This document shows, in pieces, positions 57,737 through 64,000 of a stretch of DNA of 64,000 nucleotides. Origin of the DNA: Lingula anatina (taxonomy: Eukaryota; Animalia; Brachiopoda). Position numbers and translations under genes: made by a program. Numbering within the stretch: the stretch's first letter is position 1; every line of letters starts with the position of its first letter. Where the stretch lies: positions 41,670,401 through 41,734,400 of the forward strand of contig CM120641.1 of the NCBI GenBank assembly GCA_051362555.1. Reading direction: 5' to 3'. Below the pieces are notes generated by a model that worked only from the letters and a program-made list of their open reading frames with translations, was not told the origin of the DNA and did not search any database.

Positions 57737-59495
57737 CTGTTAGGGTTCACGCATCTTTTGATCGAGGGTTTTGCACTTGCAAGCCACAGAAACCTGTCCA
57801 CCTCGCATCCCGTCTTCAGACTGCTTGGACCTCACTTTCTGGACGTCATGGCAATTAACAAGTGAGATTTTCGAAAATTCAAGGTGTAAATATAAAAAAT
57901 GACCACACAAAAAAAATGAGACGAGACTTTTCAGCGTTTTGCTTCAAGAAGTAATAGAATAACATCATTTTTATTTATGCAGTTGAGACCAAAGCTAGTT
58001 AATTTTTATAATTTGATTTCAATGTTTTTACTTCAGAATCATGGTAGAAAAACATACAAGTACATTTAATTGTTGGTGTATTTAGAATAAACATGAACTA
58101 GGTAAATACAGAGTAGGGTTTTATAATCCACAGATTACAGTATTTATAACATACATATAATACCTTTTTTAGGTTGGCGGTTAATTTTCTGGTCGAACCA
58201 GGCGGCTGGGTAGATAAAACCATGAGCTGCGGACGGGATGGCATGCTTCAGCTAATTTGGAAAGAGTAAGTCTATCAGTTTCAACTATGTTTCAACTGCA
58301 GTCGAAAACAAAAACAAACACATATACATAGAATTAATAATTAATAAAATAATTGGAAAATTTTCAACAACTTTCCCTTTATAACCAAAGTGTCCTATCA
58401 AAAAACGTTCTCAGTTAAGGAAATTGATCTGTCCCGAAATAGGAGAAAAGCTGAAAAAAAAGCTCGCTATTTTGTCTACTGTTTTGGATATGGTATACCA
58501 TGATCATGTATATGTGCTGAAATACCCAGGGGAATCAATTTTATTAATTTTAAGGATTAACTCTCATATTGTGATTTACACGGTATTCTGAAATGAAATA
58601 TTGTATTTCACAGGTTTGCCAACTGGAGATTGGATGTCAATGGAACACTACCGAACTTTCTGAAGGAACGTGGGGTAAATAAAAAAATGTCTTATATATT
58701 TGCTTCATAGCTTCCTAATATATTCACCTTTTCACATGCATACCCCCCCCCCCTCCCCCCGCACACACTCAACAAACACATGTAGATAATGGTACACACA
58801 CGCACGGGTCGCATCTTTACAATGAATTCACTTTCGATATATTTCATTGATAGTTATCTAACCATCATTTTTCTTTTCCTTTTTGTTGCACAGCTGTTGG
58901 ATGAAGAAGTCCTTCCAAACTATTACTACCGCGAGGATGCCCTGCCTTTGTATTGGATTATCAAGAAATACGTCAGCACTATAATTAACCATCATTATGG
59001 TAGGTCTCAAAACATATGCAATTATGCCATACACTGTTCTTTCCAGAGCATCTATATAAAACAACTGATGAGAACATGTTAATCTTTTTCTAATTCTTCT
59101 ATTTTTCCTCTAATTCTTTCTAATTTTTCTAATTTATTTTGAGGGGGTGGGGGGAGAGGGGGAAAGGCAGTCACTCCCGAACCTATGGGAACCATTATAC
59201 AATAAAAATATTTTAAAATGACCAGCTAAAAGGATATTGTAGGATAACCAGCTGTTGCAAAATGTTTTCTCCGTGTTTTTATTTATAGATACGCCACAGA
59301 AACTTGCTGATGACTACGAGCTTAAAGACTGGAGACAAGAGTTGGAACTGGAACAAGAGAAGGGAGGAATGGGGGTGAAGGTGCGTCACATGGGTGCTCT
59401 TTAACACCTTAAACTTTGTACACGAAGACTTTTTTCATGCAGATTCTCAAACCTCTGCTTCCCTTGAATACCGACTCGGAAGAATTACATTCCGA

Positions 59496-59541
<46 letters not shown>

Positions 59542-61450
59542 CGCCCTATTATTTATCCACGGCATTTGTATGGAACAATTTAAAGGACGGTAAATATTCT
59601 TCATAAAGAGAATATGGACTTCATGATAAAATGTGAATGGTCAGTATTAATTGATTTTTGGACATTATTTTTAGGGAATACCTGGTGACGGGGTGTTCAG
59701 CAGCAATGAAGAACTGATCGTGACCTGCACCTCTGTCATTTTTATCTCCAGTGTGGTGCATGCGTCCGTGAACTTTGGACAGTTCGCGTCGTACGGTTTC
59801 CCGCCAAACTACCCGGCCTACTTGAATGGCATGCCGCCGACGGACAAGGTAAGCCTGGGTGAATTTATATTTCGGCGAAAATACATAATTTTAGTTTTTG
59901 GAATGTGTATGCTCTGAGTGTGAGCATGTCATGATCAGGAATTAAAATTACAACAGATTTCAAACCTTCCTCGACGAAATGGAAATCCAAAAACGAGTAT
60001 ATTAAGTCCTATGCAAAAATATTGACTACTGTACTGATATTCTTCGATTTTCAAATACAGATCACCAGAAATGCTGTGCGACTTTTTTGTACGATATCAG
60101 AGAGAAAAGTTTACATTTAGCTTCTGTCGGTCAGGATAAATCTATCAAACAAATCTTTAATTCAATTTTTCAACAATTCAAACGGGTAAAGCTGGGTTAA
60201 TATACTCGTATTTTTTCCTGACGCATAAAAGTTCGTAAAAGTTGTTTTGAAATGAGACATAGAATCCAAAGAATGTGTTATTTCTCCTTATATACTTGGC
60301 AATCAATATTTTTTTGTAATTTTAATTAAGTAGGCCTAAAGTGATTTTAAAAAGCCAACAAACACATACCAATTCACAGACTCGCTAGTTTAAAATTCTG
60401 CAGTAACTTGTGTTTATGCGAATCAAATACAAAAGCATAGCTGTAAATTACAATCTAAAAATTCTTTTTTCAAAGACCGTTCAGTGTTCTTTATTATTAC
60501 TCTATCGCAACCTTATTCTGAGTTGAGGTAATAATCGATGTTTTTCTTAACAGAATCCGGTGTCTGAGTCAGATATCATGAAAGCCCTGCCAGACAAGTC
60601 CCAAACCTTGGAAATTATGGTGATCACAAAACTTCTTTCTGAAAAGGGCACAAACAGTTTGGGGGATTTTGAAGTCCAATATTTGTTCGATCCTGTCTCC
60701 GTCGAAGCCGCTGATACGTAAGTGACAATGTTTTCGGTGACGAACATAGAAAAATGAATTGTATTATAATCCTATAGATTTAAAGATGCATACAAAGTCA
60801 ATTTTTTGTCACAAAAAACAACCAAATGCCAGCATATAGTTTCAAGTAGTATAACTAAGAGAATTACCAAAAGGCATTGTTTAATTTTACCCGAAAATGA
60901 TGTTTGAACGGATTCTTCTGCTGGCATTCTAAGCTGTATGTCAATGGGGCAGGAAAGTAGGTCACGAAAGTAGGTTAAATTTACAACCAAAAATTTAAAG
61001 AAAGGAGCAGTCTAAAGGTCTTTTATGGCTGATCTATTCAGTTTATCCCTTGGCATGTCGAATTTATTTGAGTCATATAAGAATCTAGTAGAAGTGGTTT
61101 GCATGTGTTACTGGGAATCCACGCTCCACCGATGCTCGGTTCGTATGTACCTTTAAACACTTTTGGTGCACATTTTTATGTGCCCATTCGTACAATAAAA
61201 TCACATCCATAACCACGATCGTATGTCATAAACCCTTTTCAAGTATACTGTTTGATGTAAAAATGGCCCAAGAGATAACAATCCATCCTGTTTCATACGT
61301 GTCCACTGTGTACCCCTCTCTATTTGTAATTTCAGATTTAGGCTAGAACTGGCGGAACTGGGCAAACAAATCGCAGAAAAAAACAAGAGCCGCTTCCCGT
61401 CTTATCCCTACCTGGACCCTACGTTTATTCCAAACTCTATCAGCATATGA
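53462..61450 (+). CDS. Lipoxygenase (PLAT/LH2 domain plus LOX catalytic domain), arachidonate-lipoxygenase-like; 15 coding exons, 675 aa
   Basis: 15 GT-AG exons give 2028 nt in one frame. PLAT motifs [15 protein letters not shown] and FPIHRWI. LOX motifs [51 protein letters not shown] and C-terminal PNSISI*. An in-frame TGA three codons upstream of the ATG supports the start. Confidence 0.96.
54695..54739 (+). CDS. LOX exon 2 (45 nt)
   Basis: atttag|[15 protein letters not shown]|GTAAAT; resembles the LOX 'DLP.DE.F' motif. Confidence 0.85.
55385..55453. repeat. Near-perfect 69-bp palindrome in LOX intron 2
   Basis: gacgggtgtcatgt...acatgacacctgtc arms, A-tract/T-tract inner arms, and a self-complementary centre gtcgtaattatgac. 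Confidence 0.75.
55634..55771 (+). CDS. LOX exon 3
   Basis: tttcag|[11 protein letters not shown]...[12 protein letters not shown]...GKPD|GTAAGT. Confidence 0.88.
55974..56074 (+). CDS. LOX exon 4
   Basis: tttcag|[35 protein letters not shown]|GTGAGA. Confidence 0.94.
56479..56611 (+). CDS. LOX exon 5
   Basis: aactag|[14 protein letters not shown]...[13 protein letters not shown]...EAE|GTATAT. Confidence 0.92.
56818..56913 (+). CDS. LOX exon 6
   Basis: tcccag|[32 protein letters not shown]|GTTAGT. Confidence 0.94.
57198..57294 (+). CDS. LOX exon 7 (first iron-binding His region)
   Basis: tcgcag|[33 protein letters not shown]|GTAAGT. Confidence 0.95.
57677..57735. repeat. (TAT)n microsatellite next to the LOX exon 8 acceptor
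   Basis: Seen directly; it also explains the poly-Ile and poly-Tyr ORFs in the track. Confidence 0.9.
57744..57861 (+). CDS. LOX exon 8
   Basis: tgttag|[40 protein letters not shown]|GTGAGA. Confidence 0.95.
58173..58265 (+). CDS. LOX exon 9
   Basis: ttttag|[32 protein letters not shown]|GTAAGT. Confidence 0.92.
58614..58674 (+). CDS. LOX exon 10
   Basis: tcacag|[20 protein letters not shown]|GTAAAT. Confidence 0.9.
58894..58999 (+). CDS. LOX exon 11
   Basis: gcacag|[36 protein letters not shown]|GTAGGT. Confidence 0.94.
59289..59380 (+). CDS. LOX exon 12
   Basis: ttatag|[20 protein letters not shown]...GGMGVK|GTGCGT. Confidence 0.92.
59675..59848 (+). CDS. LOX exon 13 (HASVNFGQ iron ligands)
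   Basis: ttttag|GIPGDG...[26 protein letters not shown]...PPTDK|GTAAGC. Confidence 0.95.
60554..60717 (+). CDS. LOX exon 14
   Basis: taacag|[19 protein letters not shown]...[21 protein letters not shown]...AD AC|GTAAGT. Confidence 0.93.
61336..61450 (+). CDS. LOX exon 15 (C-terminal Ile iron ligand, TGA stop)
   Basis: tttcag|[37 protein letters not shown]. Confidence 0.95.
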
Positions 61451-61768
61451 CCTCGTGATGTAAAATGGATACTTCACTGAATTATGACCGCATTGTTACA
61501 TAATAGACATACTCAGATGGCATGTCTTTAAGTTTTCCAGCCATTAATGTTTTCTAACTTAAAAAATGCATATTGTATTGGTATTAGATCTTTTCGAACA
61601 TTATTTCTGTGGTGATTAATATCCTGCCGAATTTACTTTTCCATAATGACTATTTAACTAAATACACAATTACCGGTGGATCCAGAATTTTGCAGAAGGA
61701 TAAAAAAATTGCCACGCTTAACAAGCAAATGTAAAACAGTAGATGGCATTTTTCCAAGATACATAGGG

Positions 61769-61951
61769 CAGGCCCGTAGCCAGCAATTTCAAAAGGGGGG
61801 TTCTTTTTCTGAAAAAGTGGACCTTTTTCCATATAAACGTCATGTACATAGATCAGATTTTACCCAGAGTGGACCTTTTCCCAGCAAAAGGGGTGGTTCT
61901 TTCGAACCCACCGACCCCCCCCCCCCCCCCCCCCCCCCCGGTACGGGCCTG
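61769..61951. mobile_element. MITE / non-autonomous DNA transposon, copy 2
   Basis: caggcccgtagcc ... gtacgggcctg; same internal sequence as copy 1 with a longer poly-C; different left flank. Confidence 0.75.
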
Positions 61952-63922
61952 TCATTGTACATTTATAAATATTTTTTGAGCTGTAATTTTGCAGCAAGAC
62001 ATAAAATTGCATTATTTCTATATACCTTTATTTTCCCCTTCCCATCTCCATTAATTACCGGAATAAAGTTATTAGACCTACAACAAATATGGAAAGAGAA
62101 CCACTTTGCTTGTATAACACGCACTATCGGGTGACTATTGCGATCTCAGCTATCACAATTCAGATCGTGTAGCGATTAACTTCTCAACTGACGCATTACT
62201 GTAATATAAGATGTTATAGTGAGGAATAACCACAACAGTCTGGAGCTTTCAAACGTTTATTCGCCGACTCTCTTTTTCGCACAATGTCACAAGTATTTAT
62301 ACTCTATTTTCCAAAGAATTTTCCATTCTCATGTTGCAAACTGCCTTTCAATTTCCTTATTAGGTAATTTCTAATAGCCTTGTTTTCACTTTAAAATATT
62401 ATTCGAATTACTCATGCTTGGACCTTGTCCATCTCGAGTTTGCATGCGTTTTACAGGTGTTAGAAACGTGCAAATCTATTGAAAAATTAACCAATCAAAT
62501 CAATCTATACGGGCCTGTCATTGTACATTTATAAATATTTCTTGACTGTAATTTTGCAGCAAGACATAAAATTGCATTATTTCTATATACGTTTATTTTC
62601 CCCTTCACATCTCCATTAATTACCGGAATATAGTTATGAGACCTACAACAAATATGGAAAGAGAACCACTTTGCTTGTATAACACGCACTATTGGGTGAC
62701 TATTGCGATCTCAGCTATCACAATTCAGATCGTGTAGCGATTAACTTCTCAACTGACGCATTACTGTAACACACGATGTTATAGTAAATAATAACGACAA
62801 CAGTCTGGAGCTTTCAAACGTTTATTCACCGACTCTCTTTTTCGCACAATGTCACAAGTATTTATACTCTATTTTCCAAAGAATTTTCCATTCTCATGTT
62901 GCAAACTGCCTTTCAATTTCCTTATTAGGTAATTTCTAATAGACTTGTTTTCACTTTAAAATATTATTCGAATTACTCATGCTTGGACCTTGTCCATCTC
63001 GAGTTTGCATGCGTTTTACAGGTGTTAGAAACGTGCAAATCTATTGAAAAATTAACCAATCAAATCAATCTATATGTGACTTTGAAATGTTTCATCCTTT
63101 CTTACTTCGAGAACAATCTTTACACTTGTTGACTCTTAAAGAAATTTAACTTGCACTCAATCACTCCCTATCCTTTTACTCTTTTGATTCCGTTTTAATT
63201 GTTATCTGTAATTAATAAAAGTGTTAGTCATTTGCTTTTCAACAAAGATATATCACAACTACGGTGTTGGTCTTTTCAGTCAAAACAATGGAGTTAAATA
63301 TGCATCTATATGGACCACTTGTTTGTTCCTTCCATTTCAAGTCAACACAGAAAAACACAGTCGATTTGATAATATGCTTCGTTTAAACACAAAACATCAT
63401 GGTTAAGAAACTATTTTGACCTCACTGGCATGGTCTCCTGACGATAGCACATAAAATAAATATATACAGTACAGTGATTAATGAATGAATCCATTAGTTG
63501 TTTTCGTTTTTATACGTTTTATTTTTTAAGTAAATTTAAAAACCCGTTTGTGTGTGTGTGTGTGTGTGTGTGCGCGTGTGTTTTTCAAGTTTCAAACAAT
63601 GGCCATTTTTTATATTGTGGTTTCTAACACCTTTGAAATTTGCTTGTTGTATTGTTAATACAGTAATTGATCCCGCTGGCAGAGTAAAAAGATTGAATAA
63701 GATTTACAAAGGAGACCCAACCTACGCATCTAGGACAGACCAATAATAATGCTACAAAAATAAACTGTGACGGCATATGCGACCCTGAGGATTGGTGTAA
63801 ACAGTTCTGAGTCCTTAAAAACCACCTGACAAGTGATGCTAAGATGAGACTGATTTTTTTCCGAGCTCACTCAAAGTGATTGAAGTTCCATAAAAGTCCA
63901 TGTTTCTCAGTCCACACAGAGA
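61769..63922 (+). repeat. Duplicated segment copy 2, including an internal 566-bp tandem duplication (61942-62507 / 62508-~63073)
   Basis: Direct repeat of 51807-53400; tacgggcctgtcattgtac starts at both 61942 and 62508. Confidence 0.95.
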
Positions 63923-64000
63923 ACTAAATGGACTTCCAGACATATGCATAAATATAGGGCATGGAATCCAAGAAGTTGCACAAACTCTTGGGGAATCCAA

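Noticed and set aside
61676-62134. 152-aa ORF, and its counterparts at 51880-52095, 52683-52868 and 63221-63406
   Set aside because: These run through the MITE, its poly-C tract and duplicated non-coding DNA. They recur only because of the duplication and contain no domain motif.

Overview
AT-rich, intron-rich animal genomic DNA with many microsatellites. It is an invertebrate bilaterian, possibly a lophotrochozoan, but the species cannot be fixed from this sequence. Manual splicing gives two complete, uninterrupted + strand genes. (1) A 22-exon natriuretic-peptide-receptor-type (NPR1/NPR2-like) receptor guanylyl cyclase, CDS 6308-50222, 3336 nt / 1111 aa, with a 22.7-kb first intron. (2) About 3.2 kb downstream, a 15-exon PLAT-domain lipoxygenase, CDS 53462-61450, 2028 nt / 675 aa, with all iron ligands intact. 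The upstream region of the LOX gene (51807-~53400) recurs after the gene (61769-~63922). Homology starts exactly at the left terminal inverted repeat of a MITE, and the second copy carries an extra 566-bp tandem duplication. This points to a MITE-bounded tandem LOX array whose next member probably starts at the window edge. A decayed Tc1 transposase lies on the - strand at ~4130-4725. Most other ORFs in the supplied track are spurious. Comparisons with human genes and residue numbers are recalled from memory and need checking by alignment.
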